Of a stretch of DNA of 64,000 nt, positions 1 to 13,367 are shown piece by piece (the stretch's first letter is position 1; each line of letters starts with the position of its first letter). The notes beneath the pieces are model-generated. The model ran no database searches, had not been told where the DNA came from, and was given only the letters and a program-made list of their open reading frames with translations. Where the stretch lies: assembly GCF_001194135.2 (NCBI RefSeq), contig NC_068987.1:80860752-80924751 (forward strand), written 5' to 3'. The position numbers and the translations under genes were made by a program. Origin of the DNA: Octopus bimaculoides. Taxonomy: Eukaryota.

Positions 1-476
1 CAAATAAGTTATTAAATATTGCTCAACTTCATAGTTGAAAAACAAAATGAAAAGCATTATTAAATTTATGACAAAATGTCGTAGGTAACAAATGAAAGTT
101 GTAAAGTGTTAATGTAATGCAAATACATTTTCTGTTCTTCTAATTATTAGAAAATTAAACAATAAAATCTAAAGACATATTGATTTTAAAACTATAATTG
201 TCAAAAACAATTTAATAAACTAGTTGTATATAAAACAACATCTAAATTAATCTCCTCAAAGAAAACTGATGGTACAATGTCAATGAACTGATGTTTACAA
301 TATTTCTTTCAGGTCAAAGTATAGACTATTAATAATTTTTCTTGGCAAAAATACATTTTATTTTTTCTAAAGACATTTAAAAAAAATTCTCAAAGTTATC
401 TATTCGTGTAAATTTTAAAGAGGCTGGAATTCTAATGAATGGGTGTCCCAGTGGAACAGATTCTTGCAATGAGATT

Positions 477-575
477 ATCCTCATCATCATCAGCAGCAGC
501 ACCACCACCACCACCATCAGCACAAGCAGCAGCAGCAGCACCACCACCACCATCCACCACCACCACCACCACCAC
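477..575. repeat. Compound (CAT)n(CAG)n(CAC)n microsatellite
   Basis: Read directly. It is representative of many TA, TG, AG, GAT and ATAG/ATAC tracts, e.g. 27229-27317, 34795-34862, 36430-36490 and 53848-53962. Confidence 0.95.
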
Positions 576-1194
576 CGTTTTCGTGCTATCGTCCTTTTCC
601 TGCTTGTTATGTTTTGATGATTTCCGTTTGTTGTGTCTCTTACCTGACTGACTCCTGTGCAGGTGGCACATAAAAAGGACTATCCGAACGTGATCGATGC
701 CAGGCCCACCTGAGTAGCTCCTGTGCCAGTGGCACGTAAAAAGCTCCTACTACGCTCTCGGAGTGGTTGGCGTTAGGAAGGGCATCCAGCTGTAGAAACA
801 GTGCCAGACCAGATTGGAGCCTGGTGCAGCCACTGGATCTCCAGACTTAAGTCAAACTGTCCAACCCATGGCAGCGTGGAAAACAGATGTTAAACAATGA
901 TGATGATATATATACAAATATATATATATATATATTTCATCATTTTCATCATCATCATCATCATCATCATCATTTAATGTCTACCTTCCATGCATGCATG
1001 GGTTGGACAGTTTGATAGGAACCGGCCAGGTAGAAGATTATCCACCAAGCTACTGTGTCTGTTTTGGCATGGTGCTTACAGCTGGATGCTCTTCCTAGCA
1101 CCAACCACTCTGCAGAGTGGACTGAGTGCTTTTTATGTGGCACCAGCACAAGTGAGGTTAGTTTACAGCTGGATACCCTTCCAATTCTGTATGT

Positions 1195-1233
<39 letters not shown>

Positions 1234-2264
1234 CGTGCGTGTGTTACTGTCTCCTGCTTTGACATTGTTCAATGGCTGTGAATGAGTATCAGTGTCATGT
1301 AAATGTTGTCATTCTTTTCTAATCCATGTAAACCTGTCAAATCATAGGGAAATATTATCATACTTGGAGACAGGTGAGTGCTGGAGACAGGACGGGCATC
1401 AAGCCATGGAAAATCTGCTTCAACAAATTCTATCTGACCATGGAAAAGAGGACATTAAAATGACAATGATGATGATGAAGATGATGATGACTTGTGTTTC
1501 AACTGAGGAACAGGCTTGATTTCTGTAACAAACACTCTTTTACTCTCTCTCTTTTACTCTTTTACTTGTTTCAGTCATTTGACTGTGGCCATACTGGAGC
1601 ACCGCCTTTAGTTGAGAAAATCGACCTCAGGACTTATTCTTTGTAAGCCTAGTACTTATTCTATTGGTCTCTTTTTGCCGAACTGCTAAGTTACGGGGAC
1701 GTAAACACACCAGCATCGGTTGTCAAGTGATGTTGGGGGGACAAACACAGACACACAAATATACATACATATATATATATATATATATATTTAAAATTAT
1801 AATACAGGGTATCTAAGAGATACCGCCACGCTGAAAAATAGCAGTCAAATTCTGACTCTAAAACCACAATAAATGTCCACATAGCACNNNNNNNNNNNNN
1901 NNNNNNNNNNNNNNNNNNNNNNNNNNNNNNNNNNNNNNNNNNNNNNNNNNNNNNNNNNNNNNNNNNNNNNNNNNNNNNNNNNNNNNNNNNNNNNNNNNNN
2001 NNNNNNNNNNNNNNNNNNNNNNNNNNNNNNNNNNNNNNNNNNNNNNNNNNNNNNNNNNNNNNNNNNNNNNNNNNNNNNNNNNNNNNNNNNNNNNNNNNNN
2101 NNNNNNNNNNNNNNNNNNNNNNNNNNNNNNNNNNNNNNNNNNNNNNNNNNNNNNNNNNNNNNNNNNNNNNNNNNNNNNNNNNNNNNNNNNNNNNNNNNNN
2201 NNNNNNNNNNNNNNNNNNNNNNNNNNNNNNNNNNNNNNNNNNNNNNNNNNNNNNNNNNNNNNNN

Positions 2265-2301
<37 letters not shown>

Positions 2302-2974
2302 TACGACGGGCTTCTTTCAGCTTCCGTCTACCAAATCCACTCACAAGGCTTTGGTCAGCCCGAGGCTATAGTAGAAGACACTTGCCCAAGGTGCCACGCA
2401 GTGGGACTGAATCCGGAACCATGTGGTTGGTAAGCAAGCTACTTACCACACAGCCACTCCTGCACCTTTACTATATATAAGTAAAGGTGAAAAAAGAAAA
2501 AAAAAGAAAGAAATCCTAATTAAGAGCATCAGTTAGGGAGATTGGAAAGAATTAAGTACATATGAATTGGTGCAGACAGTTCAGAAAAAGAAAAAAAAAC
2601 TTATACTCTGCAACACTAATGTCTGTGTTGGTACAGTGCAAAAGCCACGAGCACAGACATGGTTTTGTGGTTAATAAGTTCATTTGAAAACCACATCAAA
2701 AAGAGAAGTAAACAGATAATTTGTAAACAGAGTAATTGCTTTGGAGTATCCAAAATTGTACTGAGTTTAATCCTATCTAATCAAAGAAGTAACTTATTAC
2801 TTATATAAGAGATTTTTAAATAAATTGTTTCGTTAGTTCTGTGCTTTGTAAACCAGGAAATGTTTTTTTATCACGTTTGAGATGTTTTTCATATAAGCTT
2901 GTGTGCAGGTACTTGGGGGAAAAAGAAATAGAAGAATGGGAAATTAATTTAGGTGTTATGAATCTCATGGGTAT

Positions 2975-3290
2975 AGTATATGAGAGAGAATGGGGGAGGG
3001 ATAGAGAGTGAGAGAGAAAAAGAGAGTGTATGAGAGAGAGAGAAAGGGAGTACAAGAAAGAGAAAAAGTGTGTACAAGAGAGAGAATAAGAGAAAGAAAA
3101 AGCGTGTGTATGAGAGAGAGGGAGATAGAGAGAGAAAGAGAGAGAGAAAGGGAGTACAAGAGAGAGAGAAAGGGAGTACAAGAGAGAGAGAAAGAGAGTA
3201 CGAGAGAGAGAGAGAAACGGAGTACAAAAGAGAGGGAGGGAGAGAGAGAAAAAGGGAGAGAAAGAGAGAGTGCAAGATAGAGATGAAAAG
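2975..3290. repeat. Degenerate (AG)n minisatellite with a recurring GGGAGTACAAG unit
   Basis: Read directly. It explains the low-complexity ORFs at 2816-3390. Confidence 0.9.
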
Positions 3291-3576
3291 AGACAAAACA
3301 GAGAAGATATATCTTATCTATTTCACAGTTGCTATTAGTTACACAGGCAATTATCTTAACTTTTGCTGTATTTATTTACATATTTTATAAAACAATTTGC
3401 AAACAAAAACATCATTGGTTACAAATTTCCACTGGAAAAAAAAAAATTCCTGATCTGCTGCTTTCCAATTCCAAGGAAGTGTCTGCATTGCAAGACTTGG
3501 TTCAAAGAGCACCAGGATTTTGTTTCTTTTTATCACTGTTTACATTCGTTGACAATATACATCGATAAAAGATATA

Positions 3577-4049
3577 CAGTAACCACTCGCCATATCGCAG
3601 TTCACTTATTGCGCTCTCAGTACATTGCGGATTTTTCTGGCTAACACATGTGAATTTATATCACAAACTCCTCACTATACTGCAGGTTATGCAGCCGATA
3701 GATATTTCTATGTTTTTAGATATTACCTATTTTTGCAGTAAAATAAGCATTTTCACACCTAAAAATTAATAAATTAACATACAGTACAGTACTGCACTGT
3801 TTCACACATTAATTAAAATATATTAGAGTACCATAGATGAATAAACAAAGAATTACACATAATGTGTAGAAAACAAAACTCGGGAGGTGGGTGTGTGGTG
3901 TTGTTTTGCATTTATAATAAAATAAATATATACAAATTATAAAAATAATAAAAAAAAATATACAGTACATTACTGTTTCTACTTTGGGGATTTTCATCTA
4001 TCGCAGGGATTTTTGGAATGTAACACCTGTTATAGTTGAGGGATTACTG
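3577..4049. mobile_element. Tigger/pogo-like MITE
   Basis: TA|CAGTAACCACTCGC at the left end and GTTGAGGGATTACTG|TA at the right give imperfect TIRs with a TA duplication. Internal TACAGTAC motifs are present. Confidence 0.7.
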
Positions 4050-4058
4050 TACACATTA

Positions 4059-4312
4059 CAGTGTGGTAGTCACCATGAGAGAAACTCTCGTATTGACTAT
4101 TGGTGCAAAATGCATGCTTGTTTATATTGCGAGCAGAGAAATAAATCCCTATCACCTTCAGTACCAAGACAACCAGATCATGTAATTTCGGCCTTCCTTG
4201 GTCTTGTCAATGATGGACACTTGACCACTAGAGATAGCAGCGATCGTTGACAAAAGTGCATTTTGCCACAAAAGCCAATATGAGAGTTTCTCTCATGGTA
4301 ACTGCTGCAGTA
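4059..4312. mobile_element. MITE with long (about 55-bp) TIRs
   Basis: Left CACCATGAGAGAAACTCTCGTATTGACTATTGGTGCAAAATGCA versus right reverse complement TACCATGAGAGAAACTCTCATATTGGCTTTTGTGGCAAAATGCA. The match extends outward to TA flanks. Confidence 0.75.
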
Positions 4313-6037
4313 TAGCTTGTTCTAACAGAACAACTACCTTAAAGTGGAGATAAATATTACCTCTCGATATTAGTACTACCTCGGTTGCTAATAAATATTT
4401 TTTAACACATTACAATAGTAGTAGCAAAACAAGGAGGTAGTTGTAGTAGTAGTAGTAGTAGGAGGAGGAGGAGGAGGGGGAGTAACTGTAGTAGTAGTAG
4501 TATTAGAGGTATCCTTAGTCATGTAACTTAGGTGTTTGCAAATTAAAAAAAAAAATACATGATATATTTGAAGGCAGAGTACATTAAAGAACCCAACAAA
4601 ATGGTCCTCAACTTTTTTGATATCCAGGCCAAATCCCAAACCTCGATTTTTTTAGGGGTCACACAAAAAAACGTTGAACACAAGTCACTTAAAGAGTGAA
4701 CACCAGAGGGGTGCTTGAGTGCCACATATGGCCCTGGGAGCCACAAGTGAGAACCCATGATGTAACATATTAACCTATACACTGTTTGAGGAGACGTATT
4801 GAGTCAAGTAAAATCAAAATAAAAATGAAAATCAGATTAAATCAAATCACAATCAAATGGAAATTGTAGTTGTGGTCAATGCCAGTGCTGCCTGACTGGC
4901 TCCCGTGCTGGTGGTATGCAATAAGCACCATTCATGTGTGGGTCATTGCCAGTCTGCCTGACTGGCTCCCTGTGCCAGTGGCACATAAAAAGCACCATCT
5001 GAACGTGGTCGATGCCAGCTGCCACCCCTGCCCCAACTGGCTCCTGTGTTGGTAGCACATAAAAAGTACCATCTGAACGTGAATAATGCTGATGCTGCCT
5101 GACTGGCTCCTGTGCCGGTGGCACGTAAAAAGCACCCACTACACTCTCAGAGTGGTTGGCGTTAGGAAGAGCACCCAGCTGTAGAAACATTGCCAGACTA
5201 GATTGGAGCCTGGTGTGGTTTCGTGTCATGCCTGTTCCCAGTCAAACCGTCCAACCCATGGCAGCATGGAAAGCAGACAGTAAACGATGATGATGATGAT
5301 GATGATGACTGTCCTTCAGATTAAACAACTTACTCTCATCACAGCCATTGTGATCATCATCATTTTACAACCCCTATTCCATGCTTGCATGGTCAAACAT
5401 AATTTGTTGCAGGAGCATTTTTTCCTATTTTTTTCTGTTCTGAACCCAAGTAAGGTAATATTTCTCTGAGGTCAGATATGTTTACATGGAAGATTAAAAA
5501 GTGATGAACACCGCTAGTTGGATGGTGAAGCTCTTTTACAACTATCAATGTCAAAACAAGGACACACACACACACATATTTGATGGGCTAATTTCAGTTT
5601 ATGTTAACCAAATCCACTCACAAGGCATTCTCAGCCTAGGGCTAGAGTGAAAGACACTTGCCCAAAGTGCTATGATGTACCAAACTAAAAAAGTGAGTAC
5701 TGGAATTGATTTGTTTGATGAAATCTTTCAAGGCAGTACCCCAGCATGGCCACTGTCTAATAACTGAAACGAGTAAAAGATAAAAAAAAAACAAATGTAA
5801 AACTGACTTTGTCCTTTTGACAGGGACCCACCTGAGACGGCCCCTGATTCTGTGATACAAACTGCTTGTGATCTAAATTAAAAACTTCCCTCAAAATCCC
5901 CCATTAATTTATGCTCCAAACAGTAGCTTAATAATGACATAGTTATTTAGCTAAATTTTTCTTTATTTTCTAAATTAATTGTAAGGTAGCGTATTTCAAC
6001 AGAAATATGGTAAGAAAAACGTTAAAATTCCACATAC

Positions 6038-6179
6038 CTATTTTGCTTTCAATTATAATCTTTCTTGAAGGAATCTTCTTACTCAAAATCTCCAAACACT
6101 CAAGTAGGACAGTTTCATTTTGATCTTTCACATACAGTTTTTCCTTGATTGAGGCAATCTCATCTGTAGTCACAACTCT
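6038..6179 (-). CDS. TCEANC2: Internal coding exon of TFIIS N-terminal domain protein TCEANC2
   Basis: Acceptor cttttcag|AGA and donor ATAG|gtatgt bound 142 bp (phase 0 in, phase 1 out). It encodes RVVTTDEIASIKEKLYVKDQNETVLLECLEILSKKIPSRKIIIESKI(G). This aligns without gaps to the recalled human segment [48 protein letters not shown], sharing RVV, DQ, KKIPSR and IG. Flanking exons were not found. Confidence 0.85.
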
Positions 6180-6642
6180 CTGAAAAGTAAAAAAGACACA
6201 AAAGTGGTAAATATGAACATATGTGCCACCACCACCACCATCACGATCAAAAGATCCAGTTCTTCCAATAGTGCCACAAGGTGAACAGTTTGGCAGCTAA
6301 TATACACAATAATAAAAAGAACCACCAACCATTGTAGGTGTGAATTTCAACTGTATGCTCTCTCTCAATTGCCAACTAATTACTTAACTGATTAGACTAG
6401 GTGTATTTCATGGTTCCATCAGTACAAAAAATGTTGTCTACCAAAACTAAAGAGTAGTGTGCGGGCACCATATTTTATGTAGCCATGTGGCATAGTGGTA
6501 AGAGTATTGCATTCACAATTGCCAGATCATGGGTTTGATTCACAGACCAGGCAGTATGTTGCGCTCTTGAGCATAACACTTCTTTTCATGTTGCTCTAGT
6601 ACTGTGTAGGGACCAGCAAAGAATAGACCCAACATTTCCTCT

Positions 6643-7452
6643 CATCATCATCATCGTTTAACATAAATTTTCCATGCTGGCATCAGTTCAACAGGAGCTT
6701 CACATCTGTTTTGGTATGGTTTCTATGGCTGCATGCCCATCCTAACACCAACCACTTTACAGGGTGTATTGGGTGCTTTTATGCAGCACTGGCATGGGTG
6801 TTTTTTACATGGCACCAGTACCTGTGAGCTCACAAGATTAAGAATGCTCAGCCGGAGAGGGTTGCAAGGGACAAGCCTGAATGCAAGGACAATCATGCTT
6901 TTACTTAGCTTGATATGTCTTTTCAAGCACAGCAAACCACCAACAATCTCGGTCCCTTGCTAATCCCTCTGTGAGTCCCAATGTCTGTAGATCCTTTCTC
7001 ACCACTTCATCCTACATCTTCCTGCGTCTACCCCTTTCACGATTCCCACTACAATTAGAGGTTGGCACCTCTTGATGCAACTGTATTCATTCATATGCAT
7101 TACATGGCCATACCAGTACAGTCTTCTCTTTTGCATATTACATCTGATGCCTTGTATACCCAGTGTGTTTTCCCACAAATCACTTACACTGTTGTATATG
7201 CACACTGACATTACACATCCAGTGGAGCATACTAGTTTCATTTCTTTTAAGCCTTCACATATCCTCAGTAGTCACAGCCCATGTTTCACTGCCATGTAGC
7301 ATAGCTGTTCATTCACAGGCATCATACAATCCACCTTCCACTCTTAAAGACTGGTCCTTCATTACTGACAGAGGTAGTAGCTCTCTGAACTTCGCCCAGC
7401 CTATTTTTATTCAAGCAGCTATGCTTTCAGAAAATCTCCCTCACTACTAAGT
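6643..7452 (-). mobile_element. Decayed 5'-truncated RTE LINE (ORF2 C-terminus, 3'UTR and tail)
   Basis: Translation gives IGWAKFRELLPL, AMLHGSETWAV and RRLYWYGHVM..MNE.SC.K.C with stops and frameshifts. A (GAT)n tail lies at 6643-6655. Confidence 0.85.
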
Positions 7453-10400
7453 TGGTTATCTAAGTAACAGAAACTGTCTGTTATTTTTAAGGATCTTTAG
7501 GAAAAGGTGACTAAAAGAGGTGCAGGTAGGATTTGCACTCCAGTCTTGTAAAACACTCACCAGCATACAGACTCATGGGTTGGAAGGTTGTCACTTGGGT
7601 GGTGCAAAGGTGTCATCTGTCAGGAGTAGGGAATCACCAACAAATGGTGGATGCAGTGACATACTGTTACAGTGCATGTTCCCATACTACTACCATATTT
7701 CCTGACAAATCAAGTCTATGATCCAGGCACTTCACTTTACATCATATCGTTGATGCTAATAGTGTCAATAATATAGGAGTACGCATAAAGGCTGAATTTC
7801 GTCTGCCTTTACGTCCTGAGTTCAAATTCTGCCAAGATCAACTTTGCCTTTCATCCTTTCGGGGTCAATAAATTAAGTACCAGTCGCATAATGGGGTAGA
7901 TCTAATCGACTGGTCCTCTCCCCAAAAATTTCAAGCCTTGCGCCTAGAGTAGAAAAGGACCGTTAGCATGTTGGGTAAAATGCTTAGTGGTATTTTGTCA
8001 ATCTTTACGTTCTGAGTTCAAATTCCACCATGGTTGACTTTGCCTTTCATCTTTTCAGGGTTGATAAAATAAGTACCAGTTGAACACTGGGGTTGATATA
8101 GTTGACTTACCCACTCCACTGAAATTGCTGGCCTTGTGCCAAAATTTGAAATCAATATAGGAGTGTGTAGAGGTACTACCAGGTCTTTTCAAGTGATTTG
8201 ATGACACCTTCAGTTATAACACAATGATCAATAATGGCTAATAATGTTCAATAATGTTCAACTGAATTGAGTGATGAGGTGAAGGTCATTGATACAAACA
8301 ATAACACAATATTACATTATACAAGTTAGAACAAACAAAATGTATACACAATATATAAAAATATATAGATGAAGCCATAAAAATTTTTCAAAGATAGACA
8401 TTTACTTACAATTTATAACTACACATATACTTATATACACATTTAAACATACTCATATACTGGCGCAGGAGTGGCTGTGTGGTAAGTAGCTTGCTTATCA
8501 ACCACATGGTTCTGGGTTCAGTCCCACTGCACGGCATCTTGGGCAACTCTCTTCTACTGCAGCCTCAGGCTGACCAAAGCCTTGTGAGTGGATTTGGTAG
8601 AATGAAAAAAACTGAAAGAAGCCCATCGTATATATATATATATATATCATCATCATCATCATCATCGTTTAACGTCCGCTTTCCATGCTAGCATGGGTTG
8701 GACGACTTGACTGAGGACTGGTGAAACCGGATGGCAACACCAGGCTCCAATCTAAATTTGGCAGAGTTTCTACAGCTGGATGCCCTTCCTAACGCCAACC
8801 ACTCAGAGAGTGTAGTAGGTGCTTTTACGTGTCACCTGCACGAAAGCCAGTCAGGCGATACTGGCAACGGCCATGCTCGAAATGGTGTCTTTTATGTGCC
8901 ACCCGCACAAGCCAGTCCAGGGGCACTGGCAACGATCTCGCTCGAAAATCCTATGGAGGCCAGTCAATATATATATATATATATGAATGTGTGTGTATAT
9001 ATTTGTGCGTCTGTGTTTGTCCCCCCCCCCGTCGCTTGACAACCAATGTTGGTGTATCTACATCCATGAAACTTAGCGGTTCGGCAAAAGAGACTGATAG
9101 AATAAGTACTAGACTTTAAACTGGGGTTGATTTGTTTGACTTATACACTTCTAGGTGATGCCCCAGTATGGCCACTGTCCAGTGAGTGAAACAAAATAAA
9201 AGAAAAAAATTAAATATATATGTTACAATATCAGTGTGCTTAGATTGTTTATGTATGAATATACAATTTCTTATAATTGCATTTATGTTTGTTTTATGCT
9301 GACGTCGCTTCCATATTTCTAAATATACTTCTAGATTTTCATTTCTAATTGTTATTCAACTAATTAAAAACACATTCAAAATTAATGCAATATGTAAATA
9401 TTCTTTGTTTTTAATTTTTCTTGTCTATACTGCATTTTCAATGCATTGAAATTATTTTATATTTAAGCAATAATTATAACTTTATATACATATTTTTTTT
9501 TTAATATTCATTTTGGCCATTATATCATACATGACTGATGTGTACATAATGACAATATGCAAAGATGTAAATTTGTCAAACATGGACTCCAGTCGAAGTC
9601 CTACTATATTCTCCACATATTTTTATTCCCTTTCATATTCTCTTTATGTCTGCATCAGTAATTTGTTCAAATTTAAACAGGTTTTTCACTGTTCAATACT
9701 AGGCTTCGAATCAATGAAATCAAATTCATTGATTTATAATTTCCTGCAATATCAATTCAAAATAGTTCATTGATGAGATTTACACATATGTTGAAATTCA
9801 ACATTTTTCCTTACTTCACTTTCATCTTTTTTTTTTCCATGTTTTGTTGCACGTTTTCCTTTAAATCAAATACTATCAGATGTGGTAATACAGGTTGCTT
9901 GTTTTAGCCCTCAACCTTCACAGCGCCATGCTTATGATCTTCCACCACCTTTTATCTTTAACATAACTAATTTTGCCAAGGTTTACTGATATATATATAT
10001 GTATGTATGTATGCATGCATGTATATATGCATACATTTTATGTTATTCATCTAATAAAGACATTCAAAATTAATATTACATATAACCATGCCTGCCACTC
10101 TATGCCTTTCCCATCCACTCTGGCAAATGACCCAACATTATGTCATCTCTCTTTCATCCTTCTCCTAACTACTGTATTATCATTACTATTCTGCTGTTTT
10201 ACACTATCTAATATTTCCAACTCACTCCTGGTCCCCCTACCCTGCTCGTTCCTTTCCACCTCATACTGTGAAAATCCACTCTTGCACCACCTTGTTACCA
10301 TTTTAATCACTTTCCAGCTCCACCTTGTTCTGCTCTTGCCCTTTTCTTTCGAATTTTACTCCTTTTCTAGCAAAAAGTTGCCCCCACATGGTCCATAGTT

Positions 10401-11599
10401 TTACAAGCAGCTGGTGGCATGAAAAAAGCACTCAGTACATGCTGTAAAGTAGTTGGCATTAGGAAAGGCATCCAGACATAGAAACATGCCAAAGCAAACA
10501 CTGGAGCACAATGTATTCCTTGAATGCATCAGATCCTGTCATACTGTCCAACCCACATCAGCATGGAATATGGACATCAAATGATGATGATGAAGATGGT
10601 GATGATGATGAAGATGGTGATGATGATGAAGATGGTGATGATGATGAAGTAAATTTTCATTATTATTCATTTTTCTTCTCTGTAATAAATTTTTTGATGT
10701 AGTCAAGCTATTTCATATTTCATGTGGATGTATGTGTGTTTTGATTAGTAAACTCTTTAAAACACAACACATTTTAAAATCTACAATCATTTAATTTCCT
10801 TCTAATTAATCATGTGAAGTCAAGATTAAAGAAAAATTTAATTTTATAGTAGTCAAATGCTGTCAGTGGAATACAGCTATTAAATCACAATGAAATGAAG
10901 TGGAGATATTTTGACTAAAAGTGAGAAATCAAAAACCAAATGAATCTAGGGAAGGTCTCAAGAAATAGAGAGAAAAAAATGAATAAAACATCCACACCAC
11001 AAATAAAAAAGCACTATAAAAAAAGAACAAATAGCAACAAGAGCCCAGAAAACAATAGGGGACAATCCATCAACCAAGATAGGAACTTTGTAAAAACAGA
11101 AGCAGTGGTGATGGCCTTAGAAAGAATGTGGGTAAAGTTGCTGATCAATTTTCCCTTGCAGCAATTTAAAGTACTTTTGCTTCTAGTTTCATACCATAGC
11201 TTCTGATAAAAGAAAGTCTTCTGTATAAACCCTAGGGGCAGAATGAGACAAATGGCTGAAGCTGTTTCAATGTTGATGATCTGGCATGGCTGACTGGACG
11301 TTCAGCTCTTTGGTGCTAGAAGCAAAATCACATACACACGTCTGCATCTACAGATAGGATGAGAGAGAAAGAGAGAGGGAGGGAGGGGGAGAAAGACAGA
11401 AATTACAATTCATTAACTGAACACAATAAACATAAACACTTTCCCTTCTCTCTCCATAAAGACATATAAACACAGGGAGAAAAAGGGAAGGACAGAGAGA
11501 ACAGGAAGAACATTAAAACAAGAAAAATAGGAAACTGTCAGATGTCAAATAAGTCAGCATCGAAATAAGTGGTGCCAAAACAACAGTGCCAAAATGTCT

Positions 11600-12780
11600 C
11601 ATACACTACTGTGGGTGCCTCTTGTAGAAGATCACTCTGTTACTAGATCCCCTTACTGAGGTTAACTTCTTCCTAGGAGCCATACAAGCCTTGGCTTTCT
11701 TCTCTGAATAAGCTTTTAATTAATTCACACTTTTATAATCATTAATAATCTAGTAATTATTAAAATGTGCAACCTTCTTTTATCATGTCTAGATTCTTAG
11801 AGCAGAACGTTTGAAGTTCAAGTTATGCCATTTCTCTCATGGTCAATTTTATGTGGATTACTCACATTAACCTCTTATGTAAGATTAGAGAAGCCAACTA
11901 ACTTACACTTGATCAGTTTCTTTCGTTCAAATTATACTTTAACATTATATCAGAGCTTCCAGCAATCCTAAAGAAACATATATTCATGGAGAGACTTACT
12001 TTTTAAGTGAGGGTAAGACTAAAATATATAATCCCTGAGCTTATTTGCTTCAGCTACTTCTGAATCCAGGAAAAAGAAATCGATTATTAATTTCAAAATA
12101 AGATCCATGAGAAAGTAGTAAGAAGGAAGATAGAGAAGCAGGGGATAATTTGACAAACCTCTACTTTCAGAGAAAACTTCTAATCCTTGTTAAAGGCCAT
12201 CTTTGATATGTAGATGTAGGGAAGCATATTAGCTAATGAATGAATACTGTGAGCAGTCATTTGCGTAGTGATGAGTAACAGAAATTATACATACAACACA
12301 CTTGTCTCTTTCATTTTGTCATATTTTTTTGCTTATTGCCCAGTGTAACATGAGAGTGAGAAACTTTCATATCAACATGAAATTACAAGCCCATAAGCTA
12401 TAATACATATTTCAGACACTCAATATTATATACAAATTTCCATGTAAACACATAAGCTGTAAATGTCATGATTCAAACTGTCACATCTGACATAAAGCTA
12501 CAACACTTTCTTGTCAGTTGACTATGCATTGACAACATTACCTTCCTATAGAAAATTTCACATAAAAATATGATTACGTATGGATGGTTTATAAGTAGCA
12601 AAATAGAAACTCAAGAATGAACGCAGAAATTTAGCAGATATGAAGCTAACCATGAAATCTACCAGGAATTATCATTGAAAAATGCTATAATTTTATCAGT
12701 TATAATAGCATTCATAGTTTACAGTAGACAGTACAAATAACGCTCTAATACTATGAATACTTCATTCAGATGATAGACTA
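11600..12780 (-). mobile_element. Heavily decayed L1/Tx1-like LINE RT
   Basis: Remnants occur in the expected order: NY..LL.TD.KIIA, CDSLNHD (AFDSLNH), FSESRGL..YPL (RGLRQGDPL) and a G..++VN.S-like motif. There are many stops and frameshifts. Confidence 0.45.
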
Positions 12781-13160
12781 ACAAGATCTTGAAATACTAA
12801 TGGAAATATAAAGAAGCTTAAAAAAGAAAAAGATTGAACTCAAATAGTCATGTCTATAATACATATTTGAAGGGAAAGCAGCTCCTTAGTTACAGAAATA
12901 TGTGTTTTTTTTTATTTACTATTGTAGCCCCATTGTGTGGTTGAGCAAGTGTCTTCTACAATAGCCTTAGGACAACCAAAGCTTTGCAAGCGGATTTGGT
13001 AGAAGGAAACTGGAAGAAGCTTGCTGTGTGTTTGTGTGTGCGCATTTGTACCCTTGTCTAGTCATCGTATGATAGTTGTAAATGAGCATCACCATCATAC
13101 AAGCGATGTCATTTGTTTCCAATTTTCCATTAAAAAAAAATGTCTAACCAAGGGGAAATT

Positions 13161-13367
13161 TCAAGCAACAGAAGGTCTCAATGACCATGATTTGTCATTA
13201 AGTTTGGTGTCACCTTCCTTGAAATGTCTGAACCGGTTTTGTGCCCCATATTCATTGACAGTTCCTGGGCCATCCACATCATTAATTTCTCTTTCTGCTG
13301 CCACTGCACTCAGTCTTTTTCTTGACAGGTAGCAAAACCTGGCTCTAATTGTAATTTTTCCCACCAC
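13161..13367 (-). mobile_element. Mariner (Mos1-like) transposase N-terminal HTH remnant
   Basis: IRARFCY...AAEREINDVDGPGTVNEYGAQNRFRHFKEGDTKLND matches the mariner pattern IRA..LY...A.EA.R.IN..+G.GTV.ER..Q.WF..F+.GD..L.D. Confidence 0.75.

Noticed and set aside
432-671. Poly-His/Ser/Thr/Ala ORFs and the many YIYI, CVCV, ERER and HTHT ORFs
   Set aside because: They are translations of microsatellites.
8712-8735. CTGAGGA-CTGGT-GAAA-CCGGA in RTE tails (also about 51423 and 61264) resembling a hammerhead core
   Set aside because: It is antisense to the LINE, has no 10.1-11.1 pair or UH site, and other copies lack GAAA.
9530-9585. MFDKF... resembling the TCEANC2 N-terminus MDKF
   Set aside because: The donor is in the wrong phase and the rest of the peptide does not match.
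11193-11229. 37-bp minus-strand segment with splice-like ends as a possible TCEANC2 upstream exon
   Set aside because: It has no similarity to KQATIESL and lies in the probable 3' continuation of the decayed L1-like element.
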